From a virus (Duplodnaviria; Caudoviricetes), in IMG/VR virus record IMGVR_UViG_3300032216_000143, positions 1 to 40,062 of that record: 40,062 nucleotides of DNA; one strand, given 5' to 3'. A program made the translations under genes and the position numbers. The notes under the pieces were generated by a model. That model did no database searches, had not been told where the DNA came from, and saw only the letters and a list, made by a program, of their open reading frames with translations. Positions 10,401-19,202 of the stretch are shown here, in pieces (positions within the stretch are counted from its first letter, which is position 1; every line of letters begins with the position of its first letter).

Positions 10401-11961
10401 TTGTGTTAGTGTCTGAGAAATTTAAAAGTAAAGTTGTATTAGCAACAGCAGTTAATTGTGACGTTGGCGCAGTAAATCCAGTGACGTTATACACTGCTGT
10501 ACCATTGACTACTCTGAAATCAGAAAAGTAACCTAATGCACCATATCCAGCAAGACCATTATCTTTAGAGTTTCCTATATAAATTGTACTAGAACCGCCA
10601 GTGATGGTTCCTGCAAGCGTGAATGTTGTAGCATCTACTACACCATTGATAAATGTTCTGAGTGTTGATCCATTACGTTGAAGAACAACATGAGTCCAAA
10701 CATAAGGTAAAACTCGTGATGTGAAGTTATAACTTGTTCCTGTGAAAAAACCTGTAATCCATCCAGCGGAAGTGTATGTGCCCATACCCCATACCCAAGG
10801 TGCGGCAGTTGCTCCACCTGTGCGTGTTTCTATGAATGCAAAAGAAGTTGCAGTTGCACTTGTGTCTGTTGGATACACCCACGTTTCGATTGTAAAATCA
10901 CCAGCAAGTGTTGTTATTGCAGCAGTATTAGGGATACTATAAAAATCAGTTTTTATTCCATTGTAACCAGCACCAATACTAGGAGTGATCCCTGAGAATG
11001 TAGTTGGATACCAATCAGAAAATGTTCGTGGTGTGCCAGCCACAGTGACTGCAAAATTATTACCGCTATTATCAATAAATCTATTAGATTGACAAGTGAG
11101 AAGGTTAACTGTACCAGTTATAGAGGTTGCTGCATTTGATCCTGTCCAGCCAACCGTATTAAGCAAAAGTGGCGCAGTTGGTGGTGTAAAATTGCCACTT
11201 GTTAGTGCCTGACCTTTAATCCACCTAATATTTGATAGATAACAAGTTGAACCATTGTTTCCTAAACCATTATTATCATATAAACCATTTACAATAACAC
11301 CACATCCTGATGCTATAGTTGCAGTAACATTTGTTGCAGTACCAGCAGATATTCCATTAATATATAAAGTAATATTATTACTAGAATCTTTAACACATGC
11401 AAAATGATACCAAGCATTTGCAGGATAATTAGTAGCAGTTCTAATGACTACTGGATTCGCATTCGAACCATTTCCTTGAGCAAACTGAAAAGAATTTGTA
11501 GACCATTCACAAGCAATAGCATTTCCATAAATACCTCCGCTTCCAAATCCAAAAAAGTTAAAACTTGATATTGGATAAACCCACATTTCAATTGTCCAAG
11601 TACCAGTATTACCTGGGTCAAATTGACCGCCACCTGGATTAGATTTATAAAGATAATTTCCAGACCCACCAAAATAATTACTCCAATATCCTACAGTCTG
11701 ATACGGACTAGTCCATCCAGCACTCTGATTACCGTTTTTAGTAACTACAAGATTATTGACACTTGAATCTGTTACTGTTGTTTTTGGTGACGCTTGTGGT
11801 CTAGTTTTAAGAAGTAGTGGTGTGTATGCAAAATTTGAATCTGGCCCAGAAGGCCAGTATACTGATGCACTCTTCTCTTGTTGTTCGTAAGATGAATACA
11901 TTCCACCAACAACAGATGTAGAATTCTTTTTACCAAAAATACCACCGTTTCCTCTATTCAT
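7489..11961 (-). CDS. Putative adhesin: NGG...WP N-terminal tag, five LamG-like domains, C-terminal glycine-rich domain
   Basis: 1490 aa; five FT(I/V/M)ExW...W.H.A..R...(L/I)(F/Y)ING...G(Y/F).S..R-type units; C-terminal VEYLVVAGGGG...GGSGIVIIAYP...YKFTAGTGTISW glycine-rich domain. Confidence 0.85.
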   Translation of the reverse strand: MNRGNGGIFGKKNSTSVVGGMYSSYEQQEKSASVYWPSGPDSNFAYTPLLLKTRPQASPKTTVTDSSVNNLVVTKNGNQSAGWTSPYQTVGYWSNYFGGSGNYLYKSNPGGGQFDPGNTGTWTIEMWVYPISSFNFFGFGSGGIYGNAIACEWSTNSFQFAQGNGSNANPVVIRTATNYPANAWYHFACVKDSSNNITLYINGISAGTATNVTATIASGCGVIVNGLYDNNGLGNNGSTCYLSNIRWIKGQALTSGNFTPPTAPLLLNTVGWTGSNAATSITGTVNLLTCQSNRFIDNSGNNFAVTVAGTPRTFSDWYPTTFSGITPSIGAGYNGIKTDFYSIPNTAAITTLAGDFTIETWVYPTDTSATATSFAFIETRTGGATAAPWVWGMGTYTSAGWITGFFTGTSYNFTSRVLPYVWTHVVLQRNGSTLRTFINGVVDATTFTLAGTITGGSSTIYIGNSKDNGLAGYGALGYFSDFRVVNGTAVYNVTGFTAPTSQLTAVANTTLLLNFSDTNTTSITDGANNNVFIDSSPYALTLTRNGTPTQGSFTPYLPNGSWSNYLDGSSYVNFGINSYLTTGPCTVEMWINCSSFSTSPIIIDNANWNIGQNCGWFLNIGTDGRVYFNASTGTFNVFPNVVTTTKTITTGTWNHIAFVRDVSNVCRIYINGVDGGGSVTYSASFNLNSGTSYRGTELGRHVADGGTYNQYTGYISNLRIVNNAAVYTSTFTPPDVLTAISGTSLLTSQSNRFVDNSVNNASVTLTGTPKVQNFQPIPSKAYSPSLYGGSGYFNGSSDSVSTSQTFALPTSTTPFTMEAWVYFSTFSSVTIASSAYAGSGPIPFVMGMGSGNGGTVSATPWFGFFTGSAWGTTVQSSTSLSLNTWYHIACVYTGSTATIYANGVSIATASVAAWQVVSQAGFYIGRRWDTASPGPYFNGYISNFRFVIGTAVYTGTFTPPTLAPLTFDGQTSASSYANTANVNTSFGKSQTVLLTNFNNTAIYDTSTQNDVVTIGSSQVGNTPSKFPSITSMRFNGSTDYLYVPGPAANPPFTFGTGDFTIEMWVFVNAYSASLGTLYDTRPAGTASTSGYLVLGMSNVGTLTYQTAATTVITAGSNLSLGVWYHVALCRSSGSSRLFINGTQTGSTYADSNNLSSGANRPAIGSDSNVPLSAGYVFNGFIQDFRLSKIGRYTSNFSAPTLPFGSSGRALLGPIRTVEYLVVAGGGGAFSGGGGGGGYQTSSTFIINQGTQYIVTVGAGGPGGSGSNGTSIAPTGGSNGSNSVFSIITSIGGGLGGYYTSTAGQTAGASGGSGGGAGHGGSGQSRAGGAGTSGQGNAGGNNFAQDGNGAAGGGGGAGAVGAAAGSQTGGAGGIGIQSSISGVSTYYAGGGGGWGQTTLGAGTLSTGGGAAAVGPSPGGSGLTNTGGGAGGFQGGVGTGGTGGSGIVIIAYPSSIGTLSTVSSGLTYTVDTTTRSGYTVYKFTAGTGTISW
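11671..11716. repeat. 46-nt near-identical direct repeat, copy 1 (partner 15214-15259)
   Basis: aaaataattactccaatatcct(ac/ga)agtctgatacggactagtccat; 44/46 identical; encodes WTSPYQT(V/S)GYWSNYF. Confidence 0.85.
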
Positions 11962-11970
11962 TTGTTGTGC

Positions 11971-14900
11971 CTACAAAGTTAAAAATGGTAAAACCGGTGG
12001 AGTGAAGTTTGCAGTATATCGAGCAATCGCGTTAGTGACACGCAAATCTTGTATGTATCCATTTAAATAATAATTTGCACCTTGACTTCCAACGTTGGTA
12101 CTGGTAGTAGATAAATCGTATGCTTGTGAAGTAGTTTGTGTTGTTCCAACTTGAGTGCCGTTAACAAATATTCGCATACTTGTTCCACTTCTACACCATG
12201 CGAGATGATACCAAACTTTTGGGATTATACCACTTGCTATATTATAATCCCAAGCAACAGCTGTTCGACCATAACCTATGTTTGTGCTGCTGGTAAATCC
12301 AAAAAACGCACCTCCACTTCCACTGGCGCTTATCACAAAATAATCTGATGAAGTTGCATTTAGATATACCCATGCTTCAACAGTAAAAGATCCTGTACCA
12401 AGATTTAATGCTGAGTTAGTTGGAATAGTCAAATAATCACTACTGCCATTGAATCTCATGCTAGTTGAACCAGCCCACTTAACTACTGTATTACTGGCTT
12501 GTGCGTTGCTGACGGTGATTAAATTATTTTGAATCGTTGCGTCATAGATGCCAGAATTTGAAAAGTTTTGAAGTAACGAAGTGCTAGAAGAACCAAAAAC
12601 TGTGTTAACGTTAGCAGTGTTTGGATAAGCAACTGCACTTGTTGATCCAGAATTTGTTAATAAACCTAAAGATGGTGGTGTAAAATTACCAGTATATACT
12701 GATACACCTTTGATATATCTCAAGTTGCTAATATATCCAGTCCATATTCCAAATGATGCAGTGTGTGAATACCGACCTATAGTTGGAACATAACTTAGAT
12801 TCGATAAATCTGTAGTATTACTGGTTGGAGTGCCAGAAACGCCATTAACAAAAACTCTAACAGTTCCACTAGATCTAGTAACTGCAACATGATGCCATGC
12901 GTTTAATGGTAAAGAGGTTGTAGGTCCGTTAATTGGAGTGCCTCCGCCACTTGCCGTCATATAAAAATAAGCGGTAGTAGCATTAAAACCTAAAAGAAAA
13001 TAATTTGTACCGCTAACAGATTGTGTCCAAATATAATTGTCTGTGCCTGATGTAGCATAAACCCAACACTCTAAAGTGAAATCACCGGTGCCAGGAGCAA
13101 AGGCTGAACTAACTGGAAATTGTAAATAATCTGATTGGGATAATGGAAAATATCCACTTCCCCCATACGCCGCAGTGTTGTACGAAGCCTTGGGCGAGAA
13201 CGGTTGGAATGCTTGGACTTTGGGAGTGCCGCCACTAACAGTCATTGACAAATTGTTGATGCTATTGTCCTTGAATCTGTTACTTTGGTTGGTGAGCAAC
13301 TGAACAGTTCCTGTCAATGAAGAAGCAGCGTTTGCTCCAGTCCATCCCACTGTTGTTGATGTTACTGGAGATGTTGGCGGTGTAAAGTTTCCCGTTGCTA
13401 ATGCTTGTCCTTTTACAAATCTAATATTTGATATATAACCAACATTTTTATATGATGCGCCTTCATATGATCCAATATAAAATCCTGATGAATTATTAGG
13501 ATTTCTACTCGACGCAGTTGACCCCTGTGACACTCCATTAATCCATAAATACATCGTGCCCGAACTTCTAGTCATAGCGACATGATACCAAGTGTTTATT
13601 GTTAATGTTCCATTGCCAATCCCATCTGGAGATGTGTTTCCGTTTGTAAAAAGTTGTGAGTTAAGTACACCATTATTGGTATACATACCAAATCCTCCGC
13701 CCGAGACTGAAGGATGATTTGATAATATTCCTAATATACCGCTAACCGATGTTAGATAAACCCAACATTCCAATGTTAAATCACCAGTTCCTACATCAAA
13801 ACCGGATACGTATGGAGTGGTCAGATAACTAGATCCATCAAAATAATTACTCCAATAACCATCGGGCCAATACGGAGTTATAGAACCCTGAGTGGGAGTT
13901 CCTAATCTTGTAACAGGAAAAGCATATGGACCACTATCAATAAACGCATTATTGTTAGATGTATTAGCAAAAGAAGTGTAATTACTATCTGCTAAATTTA
14001 ATAGTAGACTTGTATTAGACGATGCGATTGATGTAACTACGTTTGATGTGCTAGGATAAGTTCCACCAGTTGTTGTTAGAAAATCAGTTGGTGGTGTAAA
14101 GTTACCAGTGTAGACTGCTGTGCCTTTAACAATACGAAAGTTGGAAATGTAACCACCAAATGGGAATTCTCCCGTTGATCCTACTGCACCTATGGTAATT
14201 GGTTGAGCAGATTGATAATCCAATCCTCCAGTTAGTGCTATTTTAGTTCCACCAATACCGTTTATATAACATGTGTAACCAGTTGCATCTTTAACTAATG
14301 CAATATGTGTCCAAGTGTTACCTAAAATTGCATTAGTGTTTAATTGTCTGTTTGCATATGCGTTACCGACAATGACACCATTGAGATATGGTATTCCAGA
14401 AGCATCAGTCGATAAACCCCATCCAGTTGTAGATGCATTGGCACGAGCACCTATTATACCTACGGAACTTCCAAATTTAGCATTGTATACCCAAGCTTCT
14501 ATAGTAAAATTCACAGATGATGAACTGAGATCGAATGTGGATGTGTTTGGTGTTTGAATCCAATCTGTCGTACCATTGAAGTATCCACCACCAACACTGG
14601 CAGCAGGCGCAGAAAATGTACTAGGATACCAATAAGGCGTTGTCTGTGGTGTACCAGTTAATGTGACTGCAAAATTGTTTGTGCTATTATCAATGAATCT
14701 ATTATTTTGACAGATAAGTAAAGATGTATTGGTAATCGCAGTTAGTGGAGAAGTAGATGGAGTAAATGCTGATGTATAAATTGCTGTGCCTTTAATGACA
14801 CGAAGATTTGATACATAACCAGTAAATTTACCTCCTCCAGCAGCACCAGCAGAGCCTATACCAAATTGAGCCGTTGTTACGTTTGGATTAGATTGAGACC

Positions 14901-15513
14901 CAGCAGTTACATCAACTCCGTTCATCCACAATTTCCAAGTACCGCTAGCCCTTGTAAAAGCAATGTGTGTCCACACATTTGCAGTCATTACTGTATTTGT
15001 GTAAACTGGCCAGTTTGCACTAGATGAACAATAAGGAACTCCAGTTGCAAGAAAACCAAATGCTATATCCGTAGACGATGCGCCTGGTCCACCGCATACA
15101 AAAGAAAGTCCCGGCACACTTGGGCAATAAACCCAATACTCAACTGTAAAATCAGCAGTTCCAAAGGTAAAAGCAGAACTAGAAGCATTTGAAAGATAAT
15201 CCGTAGTTCCATTAAAATAATTACTCCAATATCCTGAAGTCTGATACGGACTAGTCCATGCAGTACTAGGTGTACCAACTCTACTAACAGTTAAATTATT
15301 GACACTAGAATCAATTGCAGTTGTGCTGCGTATCGATTGATTAGATGTTTTCAATAATAGAGAAGTGTTTGCAAAGTTTGAATCTGCTCTATCAGGCCAA
15401 AGACCTGCTAATTTATTCTCTTGTTGTTCATATAGTGGATAAACACCAGAGAAAGGATATACCGATGCATCTTCTTTAAGGATGCCAATATATCCTCCGT
15501 TGCTTCGATTCAT
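11971..15513 (-). CDS. Putative adhesin: NGG...WP N-terminal tag and five LamG-like domains
   Basis: 1180 aa; collinear paralog of 7489..11961 without the glycine-rich tail; ATG overlaps the upstream stop (TAATG). Confidence 0.85.
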   Translation of the reverse strand: MNRSNGGYIGILKEDASVYPFSGVYPLYEQQENKLAGLWPDRADSNFANTSLLLKTSNQSIRSTTAIDSSVNNLTVSRVGTPSTAWTSPYQTSGYWSNYFNGTTDYLSNASSSAFTFGTADFTVEYWVYCPSVPGLSFVCGGPGASSTDIAFGFLATGVPYCSSSANWPVYTNTVMTANVWTHIAFTRASGTWKLWMNGVDVTAGSQSNPNVTTAQFGIGSAGAAGGGKFTGYVSNLRVIKGTAIYTSAFTPSTSPLTAITNTSLLICQNNRFIDNSTNNFAVTLTGTPQTTPYWYPSTFSAPAASVGGGYFNGTTDWIQTPNTSTFDLSSSSVNFTIEAWVYNAKFGSSVGIIGARANASTTGWGLSTDASGIPYLNGVIVGNAYANRQLNTNAILGNTWTHIALVKDATGYTCYINGIGGTKIALTGGLDYQSAQPITIGAVGSTGEFPFGGYISNFRIVKGTAVYTGNFTPPTDFLTTTGGTYPSTSNVVTSIASSNTSLLLNLADSNYTSFANTSNNNAFIDSGPYAFPVTRLGTPTQGSITPYWPDGYWSNYFDGSSYLTTPYVSGFDVGTGDLTLECWVYLTSVSGILGILSNHPSVSGGGFGMYTNNGVLNSQLFTNGNTSPDGIGNGTLTINTWYHVAMTRSSGTMYLWINGVSQGSTASSRNPNNSSGFYIGSYEGASYKNVGYISNIRFVKGQALATGNFTPPTSPVTSTTVGWTGANAASSLTGTVQLLTNQSNRFKDNSINNLSMTVSGGTPKVQAFQPFSPKASYNTAAYGGSGYFPLSQSDYLQFPVSSAFAPGTGDFTLECWVYATSGTDNYIWTQSVSGTNYFLLGFNATTAYFYMTASGGGTPINGPTTSLPLNAWHHVAVTRSSGTVRVFVNGVSGTPTSNTTDLSNLSYVPTIGRYSHTASFGIWTGYISNLRYIKGVSVYTGNFTPPSLGLLTNSGSTSAVAYPNTANVNTVFGSSSTSLLQNFSNSGIYDATIQNNLITVSNAQASNTVVKWAGSTSMRFNGSSDYLTIPTNSALNLGTGSFTVEAWVYLNATSSDYFVISASGSGGAFFGFTSSTNIGYGRTAVAWDYNIASGIIPKVWYHLAWCRSGTSMRIFVNGTQVGTTQTTSQAYDLSTTSTNVGSQGANYYLNGYIQDLRVTNAIARYTANFTPPVLPFLTL
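15214..15259. repeat. 46-nt near-identical direct repeat, copy 2 (partner 11671-11716)
   Basis: Direct comparison with 11671-11716; a shorter partial third copy lies near 13841-13857. Confidence 0.85.
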
Positions 15514-15866
15514 TAACTGATGTCCTCATATGAACATACTGCTTCTAGTTTAGACGCTGTGCTACCAGTCAATCGAAGAACGTCACCCTCCTCTAGATAA
15601 AGAGGTTTGTTGATAACATCTAGTGTAGATGCTGCTGGTACTACTATCGCAAAACCAATTCTATATGCAACACTTGATCTAAAAATGTCCATGTTGAGAG
15701 TATAGTTAGTTGTACCATCAACATTAGAAATATATAGTGCATTAACTTTAAGAACTTTACTACTAGATGCTGCATTAGTAAGTATCGCAGTTGCTGTTGC
15801 GGGAACAACCAGTACAGCAGTCTTGCCGTTACATGTTGTTGCTCCGAATATATTTGGTGCTGCCAA
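15513..15866 (-). CDS. Conserved 117-aa MAAPNI protein, copy A (putative adaptor)
   Basis: TTG start; MAAPNI...KVLKVNALYISNVDG...VPAASTLDVI.K..YLEEGD.LRL...KLEA.CSYEDIS; paralog of 23597..23950 with the same length. Confidence 0.85.
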   Translation of the reverse strand: MAAPNIFGATTCNGKTAVLVVPATATAILTNAASSSKVLKVNALYISNVDGTTNYTLNMDIFRSSVAYRIGFAIVVPAASTLDVINKPLYLEEGDVLRLTGSTASKLEAVCSYEDIS

Positions 15867-15867
15867 T

Positions 15868-16101
15868 TTAACCTCCTGCGAATACTAAAGATATGCCAGT
15901 TATTTTGGCTTGCGATAATCCACCACCAGTTCCACTTGTAGAAGATCCTAGTCCAGAAATGTTAACCCACTGGACACCAAGAGATGATGCTATTCTTTTA
16001 TATAGAATACCAGTTGAAGGGTTGTACCATTCGTCGCCCACCGTAACACCGATGGGCTCCGTCGTAGAAACAAAATGTTGGAGACTGACTCTTGATGACA
16101 T
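15868..16101 (-). CDS. Small protein with hydrophobic C-terminal ...ITGISLVFAGG tail (77 aa)
   Basis: Start reassigned to ATG at 16101 (MSSRVSLQHF), 1 nt after the upstream stop; contains a P...VGDEWYNP..G.LY fibre-type motif; C-terminus resembles 23957..24157. Confidence 0.75.
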   Translation of the reverse strand: MSSRVSLQHFVSTTEPIGVTVGDEWYNPSTGILYKRIASSLGVQWVNISGLGSSTSGTGGGLSQAKITGISLVFAGG

Positions 16102-16102
16102 A

Positions 16103-19100
16103 TTATGCTTGTGCTTCCGTCCAGTTGATTCGAGCAAGTATCGAGTTAGTCGTAACTGATGTCACGTTAGTAGCACAAATCGTAACAATGTCAGGACCAT
16201 CTGGATAGATGTTTGCAAATGTCGTTGGGCACAGATTAGTCGTGCCGCCACCAAGAATAGAAGTACCTAGATCTCTAACTGTCGAAAGATCTTCTTCCTG
16301 AATACCAGCAGTGGTGTAGAAACCGTAAATGTTTTCACCACCAGTGATTGTTGTTCCAGAAGGATGTACAGCAATTTGAGCAAGACTTGATCCACCAACA
16401 GAAGCAAACTGACCAGCCGAAACACGACCATTCAGACGAAGAGTCATCAAGAATGTGACGCCAGTACCAGTTGTAAATGTCGAGAGTGTACGCATAACTA
16501 ACTGCATACGATTGATGATTTCTCTTGAGCCGAGAATACCTGTTAGTCCGTTATCAACAGATGGAGAAATACGAAGACTTAACAGAGGTACAACAACGTC
16601 TTGACCAATGTTAGAGATCGTTTGTGTTCTGTTCATACCGCCGACGAACACTAGAGATTTATCATCGTCGAATCTACCATCCATGATAACGCTAGAACCC
16701 CAGTGACTGATCGAACTAGCCTGACTCGGACCATACAACTCAACTTTAGTTGGTGCTGTAGCCGAGAATGTGAACGATGTTGCAGAAGCATTACCACCAG
16801 CAGCAGTACCAGCGCCAGTGATAGTTAAGTTCTGAATATTTCTCGTGAGCCCGACTAATGTGTTTCCAGTATTAGAAGAAGTCTTACTCGTGTAAGAAAT
16901 GTATTCAATAACACCACTCGTGTCACCGGGCTGCGTGACTACTACTGTTCCTGCATTAGGTAACGCAGACACATCATTTACTGACATGAATGTAGTCTGT
17001 GCAGAAGGCAGTGTAGATGTTAAGTAAGTGTATGGCGCTAAAGTGTTTGTCTCGTATCTGCCGACCATGTTACCAGAACGCATGTATGCTTCTGTATTCA
17101 CGTTGTTGTTAGGAATTCTATGACAGTAGACAACTTCACCACGATTGTTCTTGAAGCCAAATCTAATAGCACCAGCGCCGTACCATGTGAAGTCCATGTA
17201 GAACATTTGCATCTTCGTTAGATCTATGTTCATTAGACTAGCGCCAGTGCCGTCCATCTTGTCGATATTCCAAGAACTCTGGATATATCGCACATCAATC
17301 GTCTTACTAACAATTGTGTTTGTGACGTTAGTGCCACCTCTGTATTCAGGATAAATCGTCATTGCTGTGTCAGAAGTAATCGTTTGAACGATATATGACA
17401 TACCACGAATGACGATGTAGTCGCCTGGTTTTAGCTGTGAAGAGAACTTGGTGCTAGTTCCAGTTATAGCATTTGATCCTGCGTTTACAGAGATGTTTCC
17501 AGTGATTTGTGTCGTGCTGCTACGCTTAACGCAGTATACGTTTTGACCATCAAATTCAAAGAAGAATCCGTTCTGTTGATCAAACATACCAACACGATTT
17601 GCACTGCCGTACCAAGACGCTGGACTCACTGAGATTGGAAAGCCAGTCGCTGTCGAGTTAGTTGGAGTTCCCAACATCGTGTACGAAATAGTGAGCGGAG
17701 TCGTAGCAGTAACTAAGAAAGTGCCATTGTAATAGCCATCAAGCAGTGTAGTTGATGTTCCAGCAGTTACGCCAGAGACAACAATGAAAGAGCCAGGAAG
17801 AAGTCCATGCGTGTACTTTGTCGTGATAGTAGCAGTCGTACCAGAACTTGTGATACCTTCTAAGAACACAGATGGCTTTAGAATACTACCAGTTGAGAAT
17901 TGAATACCTTTACCAGACTGATATCTAAACTGTCTACGTGTTTGACGAATGACTTGATAGCCATGAAATGGACTCACATTCGAGAATTGAACACCACCGT
18001 CGAATGGACGATGCTGCACATATCCTAATGGACGTGGATAGATACATGCATTTGATGGTGTCGTGTGCGTCGTTGCTGCAACAGCAGTCAAGAAAGTAAA
18101 TGTGTTTGTTGTAAGCGTTCTTTCTACAACATAGTTGCCGTTAAGTGCAGTGTTAGTAGATGTGCCAACGATAAAGATGCCGTCACCGACACGAAGTCCA
18201 TGACCATTTGTTGTTGTTACTGTAGCACGAGTACCGTCTGTGACGATTGCAGTAGTGCCAGCAGGAATAGCAGCACCAGTATAGAATTGTCCGTAGTAAA
18301 CATATGTCTTTGATGCATCATATAGTGCTGCTGCTGGTGCAGTAGTTGTTACATACTGAAACACACCAGTCGATGCTGTCGAACTTGTACATAACCACCA
18401 ACCGTCAGCGTTTGCTACGTCAAGAGAACCTTGAACGAAGATTGGCTGTCCAACTGAAGGTAATGCTAACGTAAACACCAAAGCACCAGTTGTCATTGCT
18501 GCTGATGTCTGAACAGTAATCTGTGTAGCAGAGTCAATAGAAAGAACTGTTGCAACAGCACCAGCACCGAATGTACCAGTACCACTTTGTTTGATTAACT
18601 GTGCACCGGGATAAAGACCAGCAGTAGATCCGATACCAGTAATTGTCGATACGATAGCAGCAGTCTGAATACCAGAAGATGCTGTGTATGCAGTTGCAGT
18701 GACAGAAACTGTTGTCGAAGAAGCAGTCATTGCAGAAATGACGCTCGTGATAGTCGGATCATAGAATGCAGAAGCACGGTTGTTCAATAGATTTAAACTT
18801 TCCCACTTCGTTGGCTGCTGTCCATATTCAAAGTCAGTGTCGATTAGAGACTGCGGAGTACTAACTCTAAGTTTATCAACAGGATCTCGCATCACTTCAG
18901 AAGGGATAATCTCGTGATAAGTCTCTTCGACTAGAATACTAATCTTATTAGTGGAAGCCATTGACGAAGTGTTATATGCTAACACAATCGTAGTAGTCTC
19001 AGTACCAGATACTGGATCAACAGCATTCGTGTAACTAGTTGTTCCTAGTGCAGGATCAGAAAAGTTATACAGAACAGTACCAGTTGATGTGTTCGTGATG

Positions 19101-19198
19101 AGAAGTAATTGCTCTCGACGGATGTTCTTACCAGTAACAACAACAGTTCTTGTTGATGGTGTAAAAGTGTATCCTTCTAATATTACATGCTTTGCCAT
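16103..19198 (-). CDS. Large virion structural / fibre-associated protein
   Basis: 1031 aa; N-terminal YTFTPS...EQLLLITN...LYNFSDP, DPVDKLRVSTPQSLIDTDFEYG.QPTKWE, repeated T.TT...HGL..G..I.(I/V).G units, RQTRRQFRYQSGKG and WYGAG motifs that I recall from aquatic-phage structural proteins. Confidence 0.7.
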   Translation of the reverse strand: MAKHVILEGYTFTPSTRTVVVTGKNIRREQLLLITNTSTGTVLYNFSDPALGTTSYTNAVDPVSGTETTTIVLAYNTSSMASTNKISILVEETYHEIIPSEVMRDPVDKLRVSTPQSLIDTDFEYGQQPTKWESLNLLNNRASAFYDPTITSVISAMTASSTTVSVTATAYTASSGIQTAAIVSTITGIGSTAGLYPGAQLIKQSGTGTFGAGAVATVLSIDSATQITVQTSAAMTTGALVFTLALPSVGQPIFVQGSLDVANADGWWLCTSSTASTGVFQYVTTTAPAAALYDASKTYVYYGQFYTGAAIPAGTTAIVTDGTRATVTTTNGHGLRVGDGIFIVGTSTNTALNGNYVVERTLTTNTFTFLTAVAATTHTTPSNACIYPRPLGYVQHRPFDGGVQFSNVSPFHGYQVIRQTRRQFRYQSGKGIQFSTGSILKPSVFLEGITSSGTTATITTKYTHGLLPGSFIVVSGVTAGTSTTLLDGYYNGTFLVTATTPLTISYTMLGTPTNSTATGFPISVSPASWYGSANRVGMFDQQNGFFFEFDGQNVYCVKRSSTTQITGNISVNAGSNAITGTSTKFSSQLKPGDYIVIRGMSYIVQTITSDTAMTIYPEYRGGTNVTNTIVSKTIDVRYIQSSWNIDKMDGTGASLMNIDLTKMQMFYMDFTWYGAGAIRFGFKNNRGEVVYCHRIPNNNVNTEAYMRSGNMVGRYETNTLAPYTYLTSTLPSAQTTFMSVNDVSALPNAGTVVVTQPGDTSGVIEYISYTSKTSSNTGNTLVGLTRNIQNLTITGAGTAAGGNASATSFTFSATAPTKVELYGPSQASSISHWGSSVIMDGRFDDDKSLVFVGGMNRTQTISNIGQDVVVPLLSLRISPSVDNGLTGILGSREIINRMQLVMRTLSTFTTGTGVTFLMTLRLNGRVSAGQFASVGGSSLAQIAVHPSGTTITGGENIYGFYTTAGIQEEDLSTVRDLGTSILGGGTTNLCPTTFANIYPDGPDIVTICATNVTSVTTNSILARINWTEAQA

Positions 19199-19202
19199 TT
19201 AA

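Noticed and set aside
3162-15513. Diversity-generating retroelement, suggested by the Mtd_N-like domain and repeats in lectin genes
   Set aside because: There is no reverse transcriptase or Avd in the window. The repeats are short and coding, their mismatches are not adenine-specific, and no non-coding template repeat was seen. A DGR elsewhere in the genome cannot be excluded.
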